Assembly (NCBI GenBank): GCA_023410645.1
Contig: JAEYPQ010000040.1
Span: 20,265 to 84,264, forward strand
Length of the DNA stretch: 64,000 bases
Origin: Bacillota bacterium
Lineage (GTDB): Bacteria > Bacillota > Clostridia > TANB77 > CAG-465
Direction of reading: 5' to 3'
Part shown: in pieces, positions 9,437-19,715 of the stretch
Position numbering within the stretch: position 1 is the first letter of the stretch
How the letters are laid out: every line of letters begins with the position of its first letter
Notes under the pieces: generated by a model
What the model was told of the DNA's origin: nothing
Seen by the model: only the letters and a program-made list of their open reading frames with translations
Databases searched by the model: none
Position numbers and translations under genes: made by a program

Positions 9437-10225
9437 ATGAATATTTATTTACATGAACTAAAAGCAAATAGTAAATTTGTTATAAATTGGCTTATAGCAA
9501 TTCTTTGTGTTGCTCTTATAATGATTTCAAGTTATATTGCTGTTAGTAAAGATTTAGATTCATTTAGGCAAGTACTTTCTAATTATCCAGAAAGTATAAA
9601 AATTGCTTTTGGTATAAATATTGATAAAATAACCTCAATTCTTGGATATTTTTCATCCTTTGTATTGGCAATTTTATGTGTATGCAGCGCTATTGAGGCT
9701 ATGATTTTAGGAATATCTATTTTATCAAAAGAGATTAGAGAAAAAACAGCAGACTTCCTATATTCAAAACCTGTTTCTAGAAATAAAGTTATAACTTCTA
9801 AATTACTTGCTTCACTTACATTATTGATAATTTGCAATATAATTTTTATAATAGTTGTGTTTATAGCACTAAATATAGTATCTAATTCCACTTTTGACCT
9901 TACTACATTTATATTAATTGCAATAATTCCTTTTATTATACAACTTATATTCTTCTCACTTGGAATGTTTATATCATCACTCATGTCTAAGGTGAAGGCT
10001 GTTTTACCTATATCTATGGGTATAGTATTTGGATTTTATATATTAAGTTCATTTGCTGATGAGAAGTTAAGAGCTATAATGCCATTTAAATATTTTGATA
10101 CAAGTTATATATTAGATAAATCTAAATATGAATTAAATTATGTTTTAATTACTATTGCAGTAATTATCTTATCTACATTTTTTACTTATATAATATATAA
10201 GAAAAAAGATATAGAAGCAGTTTAA
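9437..10225 (+). CDS. ABC-2 family transporter permease
   Basis: Six-TM hydrophobic profile immediately after the ATPase. Confidence 0.65.
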   Translation: MNIYLHELKANSKFVINWLIAILCVALIMISSYIAVSKDLDSFRQVLSNYPESIKIAFGINIDKITSILGYFSSFVLAILCVCSAIEAMILGISILSKEIREKTADFLYSKPVSRNKVITSKLLASLTLLIICNIIFIIVVFIALNIVSNSTFDLTTFILIAIIPFIIQLIFFSLGMFISSLMSKVKAVLPISMGIVFGFYILSSFADEKLRAIMPFKYFDTSYILDKSKYELNYVLITIAVIILSTFFTYIIYKKKDIEAV

Positions 10226-10237
10226 AGAGGTGAAAAT

Positions 10238-11041
10238 ATGAATATTTTTTTAAGAGAAATGAATGCCAATAAAAAGGCACTTATAATATGGTCTATATGT
10301 ATGATATTATTTGTGTGGATGGGAATGCAAAAATATGAAGCATTTGTTGGAGATGGAACAAACATGGCAAATTTTAGTCAGATGATGGATTCAATGCCAA
10401 AAGTTTTGCAAACACTGTGGGGAATTTCTAAATTTGATATTACAAGTCCAATAGGATTTTTTGGAATAATATATCCTTTTTTACTATTAATGGGTGGAAT
10501 ACATGCCGGGATGTTAGGTGCGGGTATAATTTCAAAAGAAGAAAGAGATAAAACTGTTGAATTTTTAATGGCAAAACCTGTATCAAGGAATAAAATTATG
10601 ACTGCTAAAATAATGGCAGTACTTACAAATTTAATAGTATTTAATATTGTTACTTATATTACATCATTTGTTATATTAAATCAATTATCAAATAATTCAT
10701 TTATATCATCAATAATACTTACTATGATAGGAACGTTTTTTGTTCAAGTTCTATTTGCTATAATTGGTGTAGGATTTGCAGCTATGAGTAAAAATTATAA
10801 AAAATCTGGATCTATGACTGTTTTTATACTTTTAGGAAGTTATTTGTTATCCGCTTTTATAGATATGAGTGATAAATTCAATATTTTAAGTGTTTTAACA
10901 CCATTTAAATATTTTGATGGAAAAGAACTTCTTGTTGATAAAACTTTAAATGTTGGATATACTTTATTAACTTTAGCTATTATAATCTGTATTTTAGTAT
11001 TTTCATATAGAAAATACACAAAAAGAGATCTTAATTTCTAA
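10238..11041 (+). CDS. ABC-2 family transporter permease (second copy)
   Basis: Paralogous to 9437..10225: same N-terminus MNIF/YL.E..AN and same conserved AKP(V)SRNK motif. Confidence 0.65.
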   Translation: MNIFLREMNANKKALIIWSICMILFVWMGMQKYEAFVGDGTNMANFSQMMDSMPKVLQTLWGISKFDITSPIGFFGIIYPFLLLMGGIHAGMLGAGIISKEERDKTVEFLMAKPVSRNKIMTAKIMAVLTNLIVFNIVTYITSFVILNQLSNNSFISSIILTMIGTFFVQVLFAIIGVGFAAMSKNYKKSGSMTVFILLGSYLLSAFIDMSDKFNILSVLTPFKYFDGKELLVDKTLNVGYTLLTLAIIICILVFSYRKYTKRDLNF

Positions 11042-11194
11042 TATTTATTATTAATTAAAGAAAGATATAAAATATAAATAAAACAGATCTTATGTATTTT
11101 TTATTGTCATTTTTTATAATAAATGTTAATATATAAAAAGATCTTATGAATTAATATAGTTTTGAAATCCGTCAATATATAAAGGAGTGATATA

Positions 11195-11917
11195 ATGCCA
11201 TCATGGGTTATACATCTAAAAATAGCAGAAGAAATTAATAAAGAATTAAAATTAAATGATAGTATATATAAATTTGGGAGTGTTATGCCAGATGCTGAAG
11301 GATATGTTGTAAATAATCTATCTCAAAACATATCATATGATATATCTCATTATGCTTGTTTACAAAATATAAATGAAATGAAATTTATTTTACCAAATAA
11401 AGATAAATTTCTAATGTCACATAAAAAAGATATAAATAATGATTTGATTTTGGGATATTTTTCGCATATACTTGCAGATTATTTTTTTAATTTTAATACC
11501 TTTAAATATAAATATATATGTGATGATAACGAAAATATTATTGGAGTTATATTAAAGAATAATGAAGATTACTATACTGATAAAAGAAGTATAATGTCTT
11601 TAAAACAAAATGATTTTGAAAAATTTTCTAGAAAAATATATAAAAACATAGATAACAAAATAAAAGAAGAAGATATTGATAAAATATTAGAAAGTTGTAA
11701 AATTATAGAAGAGATAAATTATGACAGAGAAGATATAATAAAAATAATAGAGTATGTTAATAACATAAAATTTGAATATGACAAAAAAGATATAAATGAG
11801 TTTGATTACAGTATATATAGTGAAAAGGATTTAGAAAATATGTTAGATAATTGTATAAAATATATAAAAAATGAAATTCTGAATTTATATGATTATTTAA
11901 ATAAATTTGTAAATTAA
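11195..11917 (+). CDS. Hypothetical protein, possibly a Zn-dependent phospholipase-C-like or metal-dependent hydrolase fold
   Basis: N-terminal W..H (SWVIHLKIAEEI) and an HILADYF motif. The assignment is weak. Confidence 0.3.
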   Translation: MPSWVIHLKIAEEINKELKLNDSIYKFGSVMPDAEGYVVNNLSQNISYDISHYACLQNINEMKFILPNKDKFLMSHKKDINNDLILGYFSHILADYFFNFNTFKYKYICDDNENIIGVILKNNEDYYTDKRSIMSLKQNDFEKFSRKIYKNIDNKIKEEDIDKILESCKIIEEINYDREDIIKIIEYVNNIKFEYDKKDINEFDYSIYSEKDLENMLDNCIKYIKNEILNLYDYLNKFVN

Positions 11918-12051
11918 TATTTATCTTATAATTTTTAACAATAATATAAAAGAAACAAGAAAGTATATTAAATATAAAAGAAAATATAAAATTGAGCACC
12001 ATATTCTGGTGCTCAATTGTTATAATTATTCGTAAATGTAATAATGATAAA

Positions 12052-12912
12052 TTATTTTATTCTTCTTTTAAGTTCATCTATAATACTTAATTCTGTTATG
12101 TGTAGATTGTTATTTTTTCCTGTGCCAAGTTGTACATCTGGTTTTACTATTGGTCCATGGTAATCGCTTCCACCACTAACAAATAGGCCAAGTTTTTCTG
12201 CAATTCGTAGGGTTCGTTGTGTATAAATAGCATCATGACTACTATGATATGCTTCAATTGCCTCCAATCCATAAGATGCCAAAGTATATACGTACTTTTC
12301 AATCCAATCAATATCCCGTTTTAGTGTTATATTATGGGCAAGAGAAGCTATTCCACCGGCCTGTATAATATATTTTATACATTCATAATCTGTAAGTTCG
12401 ATTTTCTTTTTATATTTTGGCACTTCATTGAATATTGTAAAGGCATCTTTTACAGTTCTGACATGACCATATTTTACCATTAATTTTGCAATATCGGGTC
12501 TTCCAACTGATCCTGATGAAAAATATATCTTTTCTAAATCACTATTATGAAAATTAATATTTTTGTATTTCATTAATTGTTCTATAATGAACCTAATACG
12601 GTCAATATTGTCTTTACGTATCAATTCAGTTATAAAATTAAGATTTGGATCATTTAAAGAAATTCCATAACCTAGAATATGGAGTTGTCCGCCTTTAAAT
12701 TGTGCACCGAGCTCAATACCAGGTATTATTTTTATATTACTAAAATTGTTATTATTGATTGCTTCTTTTGCACCTAAAATTGTATCGTGATCAGTTATAG
12801 ATATTATTGATATATTTTTATCACTAGAATATTCTAATAATTCATGAGGTGTAAGTTCACCATCCGAATATGTGCTGTGAATATGCATATCTATTAAATT
12901 ATCTTCTTTCAT
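12052..12912 (-). CDS. PHP-domain metal-dependent phosphoesterase
   Basis: N-terminal MHIHSTYSDG motif, and GGIASLAHN and DYHG motifs. Confidence 0.75.
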   Translation of the reverse strand: MKEDNLIDMHIHSTYSDGELTPHELLEYSSDKNISIISITDHDTILGAKEAINNNNFSNIKIIPGIELGAQFKGGQLHILGYGISLNDPNLNFITELIRKDNIDRIRFIIEQLMKYKNINFHNSDLEKIYFSSGSVGRPDIAKLMVKYGHVRTVKDAFTIFNEVPKYKKKIELTDYECIKYIIQAGGIASLAHNITLKRDIDWIEKYVYTLASYGLEAIEAYHSSHDAIYTQRTLRIAEKLGLFVSGGSDYHGPIVKPDVQLGTGKNNNLHITELSIIDELKRRIK

Positions 12913-12948
12913 ATGGATAATCTCCCTTCTACTATTTTTTTATATATT

Positions 12949-12962
12949 AGTTATATATAACT
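12949..12962. promoter_or_regulatory. Perfect 14-bp palindrome AGTTATATATAACT in a divergent LysR intergenic region, candidate LysR box
   Basis: Read directly from the sequence. It lies between the divergently transcribed PHP gene and the LysR gene. Confidence 0.35.
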
Positions 12963-13049
12963 TAACTATTATTACTACTTGTATTATACATCAAATTGTA
13001 TTATAATTAAAATATATATTAATTATGTTTAATATAAGGAGATGTTATT

Positions 13050-13949
13050 ATGAAAGTAGATATTGAACTATATAGAGTGTTTTATGAAGTAGCTGAGCAA
13101 AAAAATATAACTAAAGCATCTGAAGTATTATATATTTCACAACCAGCTGTAACTATGAGTATAAAAAAATTAGAAGAACAATTAGAAATGACTTTATTTA
13201 TAAGAACAAAAAGAGGGGTTATTCTAACTAATGAAGGTAAAGTACTATATGATTATGTAAAAGATGCAATTGAAAGTTTAAAAATTGGTGAAAATAGAAT
13301 ATTAAATTTAAAAAAATTAGAAAGTGGAAATATTAGAATAGGTATAGGAACAATTCTTACAAAGTTTTTTTTAATGGAACATTTAGAAAAATTTCATAAA
13401 GACTATCCTAAAATTACAATAAATATTGATACAACTAGTACAGATGAAATGCTTAAAAATTTAGAAAATGGCAAATTAGATATGGCTGTAATTGCAACAG
13501 ATAAAATGAAATATAAAAATTTTGATATTGTTTATTCTGAGGAAATTCAAGATATTTTTATATCTAATAGAGAGTTTGCAAATATTACAGATAAATCAAT
13601 TAATTTAGAAGAACTAAATAATTATCCTTTGTTGCTACAAAATGTAAGTACAACGTCAAGACAATTTTTAGATAAATTTACAGAAAGCAATGGAATAAAA
13701 TTAAAAAGTATAATGGATCTTGCAAGCTATTCTTTAGTTGTTGAATTTGTAAAAATTGGCTTTGGAATTGGATTTGTAACAAGAAGATATGTTGAAAAGG
13801 AGCTAAAAGAAAATACATTATTTGAAATAAAAACTTATCCTAAGATTCCATCTAGAAAGATTGTAGTTTTAACTAAAAAAGATTATTTGCCAAGTTTTAG
13901 TGTTTCAAAACTAATTAATATAATGAGAGAAAATAATAACAAAAAATAA
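13050..13949 (+). CDS. LysR family transcriptional regulator
   Basis: N-terminal HTH (ITKASEVLYISQPAVTMSIKKLEEQL) with a substrate-binding domain after it. AGGAG RBS. Confidence 0.8.
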   Translation: MKVDIELYRVFYEVAEQKNITKASEVLYISQPAVTMSIKKLEEQLEMTLFIRTKRGVILTNEGKVLYDYVKDAIESLKIGENRILNLKKLESGNIRIGIGTILTKFFLMEHLEKFHKDYPKITINIDTTSTDEMLKNLENGKLDMAVIATDKMKYKNFDIVYSEEIQDIFISNREFANITDKSINLEELNNYPLLLQNVSTTSRQFLDKFTESNGIKLKSIMDLASYSLVVEFVKIGFGIGFVTRRYVEKELKENTLFEIKTYPKIPSRKIVVLTKKDYLPSFSVSKLINIMRENNNKK

Positions 13950-14096
13950 TTACATATTTTATATAATATCCTTTACAAATTTAGATAAAAATGATAATAT
14001 ATAAACAAACGTTTTAAATGTAATTTAAATATGTAAATTATTTATATTGTAAATTAACTTAACAATAAAATAGAAATTTTTAGGTGGTGAAATAAT

Positions 14097-14813
14097 ATGG
14101 CAATGTGGAATCCATGGAGAGGTTGTAAAAAATGTAGTGATGGTTGTAAATATTGCTATATTCATAAAGGCGATTTAAAAAGAAATGTTAATACAAATGA
14201 TATTGTGAAGACAAAAGATTTCAATAAACCAATAGAAAAACTTAAAAATGGTAGTTATAAAATTAAGTCTGGTATTGTTTATCTGTGCTTTTCAACAGAT
14301 TTTTTTATTGAAGAAGCAGATCACTGGAGAAATGAATGCTGGAAAATTATAAAAGAAAGATCAGATTTAATATTTTTATTTTTAACTAAAAGAATAGACA
14401 GATTCTTTAAATGTATCCCAGATGATTGGAAGGATGGATATGATAATGTCGTTATATGTTGTACTATTGAAAATCAAAAAAATGCTGATTATAAATTGGA
14501 GATTTTTAGAAATTTACCAATAAAACATAAATGTATTACCGTTCAACCTTTACTTGAAAAAGTTGATATTCAAAAGTATTTAGATAACATTGAATTAGTA
14601 GTTGTTGGCGGAGAATCTGATTTTAATGCTAGACCTTTAGATTATAATTGGGTATTGGACATTAGAGAACAATGTATAAGTAAAAAAGTAGAATTTGAAT
14701 TTAGGCAATGTGGAACACATTTTATAAAAGATGGAAAAGAGTATACATTGCAAACAAAGGATTTGTGTAAACAAGCTAAATTGGCAAATATTGATTATCG
14801 TATAAAAAAATAA
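14097..14813 (+). CDS. DUF5131 / phage Gp37/Gp68-family protein
   Basis: N-terminal W-NPW-GC..CS.GC.YCY cysteine cluster characteristic of PF07505. GGTGG RBS. Confidence 0.6.
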   Translation: MAMWNPWRGCKKCSDGCKYCYIHKGDLKRNVNTNDIVKTKDFNKPIEKLKNGSYKIKSGIVYLCFSTDFFIEEADHWRNECWKIIKERSDLIFLFLTKRIDRFFKCIPDDWKDGYDNVVICCTIENQKNADYKLEIFRNLPIKHKCITVQPLLEKVDIQKYLDNIELVVVGGESDFNARPLDYNWVLDIREQCISKKVEFEFRQCGTHFIKDGKEYTLQTKDLCKQAKLANIDYRIKK

Positions 14814-14911
14814 ATAAAAGAATTATTTTATATTAATATGATCTGTAATATTAGGGTTATAACTTATTATAATAAATATAAATACTATTTTATTAAAGAG
14901 GAGGAACTTTA

Positions 14912-15514
14912 ATGGGAAATATAGAAAAATTTGATGCGATAGCTAATTGCTATGATACATATGAAAGGCTTCAAACAACTAAAATAATAGTAGAGAAAAT
15001 AAAAAAGTATATTGGTAATAAAAAAAATAGTGTAGCTATGGATTTTGGTTGTGGAACTGGTCTTATTGGTATGCAATTAATTGATAATTTTTCATCAATG
15101 ATATTTATTGATGCATCTTATTCTATGATTGAACAAGTTAATGAAAAAATAAGAGAAAATAAGATTTCTAGTGCTAAGACAATTTGCTATAATTTTGAAG
15201 AACATGAAGATATTAATATTAAAAGTGATTATATTATTATTGTTCAAACATTATTACATATAAAGGATATAGAATTAATATTATCAAGGTTATTTAAAAT
15301 TTTAAATAATAATGGACACTTGATTATTGTTGATTTTAATAAAAATGACTTTATAACTTCAAATGAAGTTCATAATGGATTTGATCAAAATGAACTAGGT
15401 AAAATTTTAAAAAATATAGGATATGATGATGTAAAATCTGAAACCTTTTATTTTGGAGAAAATATATTTATGGGGAATGATGCGTCATTATTTATACTTG
15501 ATTGTAAAAAATGA
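14912..15514 (+). CDS. Class I SAM-dependent methyltransferase
   Basis: Motif I DFGCGTGLIG. GGAGG RBS. Confidence 0.75.
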   Translation: MGNIEKFDAIANCYDTYERLQTTKIIVEKIKKYIGNKKNSVAMDFGCGTGLIGMQLIDNFSSMIFIDASYSMIEQVNEKIRENKISSAKTICYNFEEHEDINIKSDYIIIVQTLLHIKDIELILSRLFKILNNNGHLIIVDFNKNDFITSNEVHNGFDQNELGKILKNIGYDDVKSETFYFGENIFMGNDASLFILDCKK

Positions 15515-15560
15515 AATTTAGTGATAAAAACTGAATTTATTAGATGAAGGAGAATTATAA

Positions 15561-16196
15561 ATGGTTAATATAAGAAATGAAAAGGAAACGGATTATAAGA
15601 AAGTAGAAGAAATTACAAGAAAATCTTTTTACAATTTATATATTCCGGGATGTGTTGAACATTATTTGGTCCATATTATGCGAGAACATAAAGATTTTTT
15701 ACCAGAATTAGATTTTGTAATTGAAATTGATGGTAGTATTATTGGAAATATAATGTATACAAAAGCAAAATTAGTTGATGAAGATAGAAATGAAAAAGAA
15801 ATTTTAACATTTGGTCCAATTTGCATTTTACCAGAATACCAAAGAATGGGCTATGGAAAAATGTTACTAAACCATTCTTTTGAAAAAGCCAAAGAGCTTG
15901 GTTATGATGTTATAGTGATATTTGGTAATCCAAATAATTATGTAAGTCGAGGATTTAAGAGTTGTAAAAAATATAATGTCTGTCTTGATAATGGTAAATA
16001 TCCGGCGGCGATGATGGTAAAAGAGCTTAAATCAAATGTATTAGACGGAAGGAAATGGATTTATTATGATAGTCCAGTTATGCAACTTGACGAAAAGCAA
16101 GTACAAATATTTGATGATGGATTAGAGAAAATGGAAAAAATATATCAACCAAGTCAAGAGGAATTTTATATAAATAGTCAGGCTTTCTTGGATTAG
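15561..16196 (+). CDS. GNAT family N-acetyltransferase
   Basis: QRMGYGKMLLNHSFEKAKELG motif. Confidence 0.7.
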   Translation: MVNIRNEKETDYKKVEEITRKSFYNLYIPGCVEHYLVHIMREHKDFLPELDFVIEIDGSIIGNIMYTKAKLVDEDRNEKEILTFGPICILPEYQRMGYGKMLLNHSFEKAKELGYDVIVIFGNPNNYVSRGFKSCKKYNVCLDNGKYPAAMMVKELKSNVLDGRKWIYYDSPVMQLDEKQVQIFDDGLEKMEKIYQPSQEEFYINSQAFLD

Positions 16197-16372
16197 GTTT
16201 TTTTACTGGTATAAATAGCACTAAATGGACTAGATAAATTTAGATGGAAAAATAAAATTTGCGACTTTTATTCGTGTAAATTTATGTAATAAAATTTTGG
16301 ATTATAAATTTTATAAATATAATATTTAATTATATAATTTGAATTAAATAAAATCAATAGGAGGAATAATAA

Positions 16373-16738
16373 ATGAATAATTTATTTATAGAATATCCAA
16401 AATGTTCAACTTGTCAAAATGCAAAGAAATGGTTATTAGCAAACAATATACAATTTACTAGTAGAAATATTATAGAACAAACTCCTACTATACAAGAACT
16501 AGAAATATGGATAAAAATTAGTGGACAAGATATAAAAAAGTGGTTTAATACAAGTGGATTAAAATATAAAGATTTAAATTTAAAAGAACATCTATCTAAA
16601 ATGAATCAAAATGAAAAGTTAAAATTACTATCAAGTGATGGTATGCTTATCAAAAGACCATTATTAATTCTTAAAGATACTATATTAATTGGTTTTAAAG
16701 AAAACCAATGGCAGGAATTTTTAAAAAATAACAATTAA
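16373..16738 (+). CDS. ArsC/Spx-family (thioredoxin-fold) protein
   Basis: N-terminal CxxC (PKCSTCQNAKKWL) and an LIKRPLLI motif. 121 aa. Confidence 0.6.
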   Translation: MNNLFIEYPKCSTCQNAKKWLLANNIQFTSRNIIEQTPTIQELEIWIKISGQDIKKWFNTSGLKYKDLNLKEHLSKMNQNEKLKLLSSDGMLIKRPLLILKDTILIGFKENQWQEFLKNNN

Positions 16739-16792
16739 AATAAAAAATAAGATTGAAATCAATAAATAAAGAATTTTATTGGAGGTAAAAAA

Positions 16793-19579
16793 ATGTGGAA
16801 TGTAAATGCAGTTAAGAAATCTTTATTTGATAAAAATATAGATTCCTCTACATATAATCCTAATATTGTAATCAATGAGCAAAGTAAAAATATAAAAGAT
16901 AAAATTAAAGAATTATTAAATAAATCTACTCGTGTGGACATTGCTGTTAGTTATGTAGTTTGGTCTGGATTATCTTTAATTTATGAAGATTTAAAAAAGT
17001 TTGATTCTAATAGTCGTTTAATACTAACAACAGAGGGGATGGTTACAGATCCTAGATCTTTAAATAAGTTAAATGAATTAAATATGGAAGTTAAGATTTA
17101 TATACCTAATGTGGATAGTAAAGGATTTCATTTAAAGACATATTTATTTGAAACTGATAATAATACAACATTATTAATAGGTAGTTCAAATATTTCTGCT
17201 CGCGCATTCGGTTTAGTACATGAAATGGTGGCAGAAATAAATGCAAAAAATGAAGGTTATATTATAGAAAAGTATAATAATACATTTAATGATCTTTGGA
17301 ATGATAAATGTTCAGAAGTATTAACTGAGGAATTTATTTACAATTATTCAAATATTTATACTCAAAATAAAAAAATTGAAATTAATGTTGCTAAGATGTT
17401 TTTAGAAGTAAAAAATATCAAACCGAATTATATGCAAGAGAGAGCTTTAGAAGCTTTAAAAGAGTGTAGGGAAGTGAGTAATAGAGGTTTAGTTATAGCA
17501 GCTACTGGTACTGGTAAAACATATTTATCTGCTTTTGATGTAAAAAATTGTAATGCAAAAAAGGTATTGTTTTTAGTTCATAACAGACTGATTTTAACAT
17601 CTGCTATAGAAACATATAAAAAAATATTTAAAAATAAAACTATGATAGAATTAGATTCAAACAATATGGAGAAAATTCATAATTTCGATTTCATTTTCAC
17701 AACTGATAAAACAGCATACAATAAACTTATAAGTAATATTCCAAATAATTACTTTGATTATATTATATATGATGAAGCTCATAAGATAGGATTTGATACA
17801 AAATATAGAGACATTATTGATTATTTTAATCCTAAATTTACTTTAGGTATAACTGCAACTCCTGAACGAACTGACAATCCTGATTATTTGTTCAAAATTT
17901 TTAAATATAATATTCCATATGAGATAAGGCTTTTAGATGCAATGAATCATGAATTGGTGTGTCCATTTACTTATTATGGTTTAAATTTAGAAAATAAATT
18001 ATTGAAAAGTAATGAAGAATTTAATTATGAAGAATTAGCAAAATATATTAAAAATACAATTGATAAAAAAGGCCATTATGGTGAAAAACTAAAATGTTTA
18101 GTTTTTTGTTCAAATATTAAAGAGGCAAATTCAGTTTCTTCACAATTAAATAATTTGGGATTTATATCTGTTAGTGCTGTTAGCGGTGAAAATGAATTAA
18201 CTAGAAGTGGTATAGAAAAATATATAATAGATTTAAAATCAGATGAAAAAGGAACTTTAGAAATAATATGTACTGTTAATAAATTTAATGAAGGTATTGA
18301 TATTCCTGATATTAATACAATAATTATGCTTAGAAACACAATATCTGCAATAATATATATTCAGCAATTAGGCCGTGGTTTAAGACGAACTGAGGACCCT
18401 CATAAGTATGTAACTGTTTTTGATATAATTGGTAATTCTAAAAATAATTATTCTATTGCTCAAGTATTAACTGGAAATACTACCGTTGATAAAAGAAAAC
18501 TATATATGTATGCTAATAAAGGATTTGAGACAGTTTCACCTTTTATTAATGTTGAAATAGAAAAAGAAGCAATGGAGAAGATAATTAGATCCATTTCAGT
18601 CAATTTTACAGTAAAGAATGAATTAATGGAAAAATTCAGAAATGAATTTTATAGGTTTGAAGTAATTCCTACTTTAAAAGAAATGTACTTAAATCCAAAT
18701 TTTAAAGAAATGGAATTATTACAATTATTGTTTAAAAATTTCTATGAACCTTTTAAAGAATATTATTTTAGAAAATATAACATTGAAAAAGAAAATAAAT
18801 TTTTGGATAATTTTTTTACGCTTATTACTCAATTTGTATTTAGAGGATACAATTCTGTAACATTACAGGAGTATGTTAAATTATTAAAAGGGGATAAAAT
18901 TCAAAATGATAAGTTAAGAAAAATATTACTCCCTTACGAGTTTGAAGATGGTATTTCAACTGCAATAAATAGTGAATACAACAAAAAGGGAAAAGAATTT
19001 CCAAAAATCTTTGAGTTTGAAAATGGATATTTAAAACTAAACAATGAAATCGTAATTTTATTGAAAAAATATAAAAGTATTGAATTATTTAATGAGCATA
19101 TAGAATTATTTGAGTATTTAGGTGAAAATAATGATTATACTATGAAATTATTTGATTTGGTAGATAAAGGTGAATTTTTATATAATCTTGACAGTAAAGA
19201 CTGCTATATGAATGTTACAGGTGAAAGAATAGATAAAGAAAAAAAGACTGTATATTGTATTGTTAAAGTTACTGAAAAAGAAACATTCTATGATAATTAC
19301 ATAGTGGATAATAATAAGATTATATATTATACAAAGGCTTCTAAAACCAAGGAAGCAGCATGTGAAAAAATAAGAGTGATTATTGAAGAGAATTATAAAT
19401 TTTATTTATGTGCACAATTTCCACATTTAGGTTATTCTAACACATCGTACTTTAATCTAGGTAATGTTAAGGTAAACAAAATTTCAGAAGTGCAAAAGGT
19501 AGATGATGGAAAATATAATCATAGAATAGAATTTATTGTAGAACGTGATATACCTTTTGAGTTGTTGCAATATAAATAG
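16793..19579 (+). CDS. SauUSI-like Type IV (modification-dependent) restriction endonuclease: PLD nuclease, SF2 helicase/ATPase, DUF3427-like C-terminal domain
   Basis: HKD motif GFHLKTYLF...LLIGSSNIS. Walker A AATGTGKT. DEAH box YDEAHK. Helicase motif VI QQLGRGLRR. Roughly 330-aa C-terminal extension. Single gene with its own GGAGG RBS. Confidence 0.65.
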   Translation: MWNVNAVKKSLFDKNIDSSTYNPNIVINEQSKNIKDKIKELLNKSTRVDIAVSYVVWSGLSLIYEDLKKFDSNSRLILTTEGMVTDPRSLNKLNELNMEVKIYIPNVDSKGFHLKTYLFETDNNTTLLIGSSNISARAFGLVHEMVAEINAKNEGYIIEKYNNTFNDLWNDKCSEVLTEEFIYNYSNIYTQNKKIEINVAKMFLEVKNIKPNYMQERALEALKECREVSNRGLVIAATGTGKTYLSAFDVKNCNAKKVLFLVHNRLILTSAIETYKKIFKNKTMIELDSNNMEKIHNFDFIFTTDKTAYNKLISNIPNNYFDYIIYDEAHKIGFDTKYRDIIDYFNPKFTLGITATPERTDNPDYLFKIFKYNIPYEIRLLDAMNHELVCPFTYYGLNLENKLLKSNEEFNYEELAKYIKNTIDKKGHYGEKLKCLVFCSNIKEANSVSSQLNNLGFISVSAVSGENELTRSGIEKYIIDLKSDEKGTLEIICTVNKFNEGIDIPDINTIIMLRNTISAIIYIQQLGRGLRRTEDPHKYVTVFDIIGNSKNNYSIAQVLTGNTTVDKRKLYMYANKGFETVSPFINVEIEKEAMEKIIRSISVNFTVKNELMEKFRNEFYRFEVIPTLKEMYLNPNFKEMELLQLLFKNFYEPFKEYYFRKYNIEKENKFLDNFFTLITQFVFRGYNSVTLQEYVKLLKGDKIQNDKLRKILLPYEFEDGISTAINSEYNKKGKEFPKIFEFENGYLKLNNEIVILLKKYKSIELFNEHIELFEYLGENNDYTMKLFDLVDKGEFLYNLDSKDCYMNVTGERIDKEKKTVYCIVKVTEKETFYDNYIVDNNKIIYYTKASKTKEAACEKIRVIIEENYKFYLCAQFPHLGYSNTSYFNLGNVKVNKISEVQKVDDGKYNHRIEFIVERDIPFELLQYK

Positions 19580-19715
19580 TTAATATTATTAAATATTAAA
19601 AAAATAAAAATAGTATATTATTCAGTAGTATTTAGAATTTGACTTCTTAATAATTCTATGATAATATTAAATGAAATTTTTAGTATTCTTTATATAATTT
19701 AAGGAGGAGTATTTT

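Noticed and set aside
16759-16941. 60-aa minus-strand ORF overlapping the start of the SauUSI-like gene
   Set aside because: It is antisense to a well-supported start region and has no RBS.
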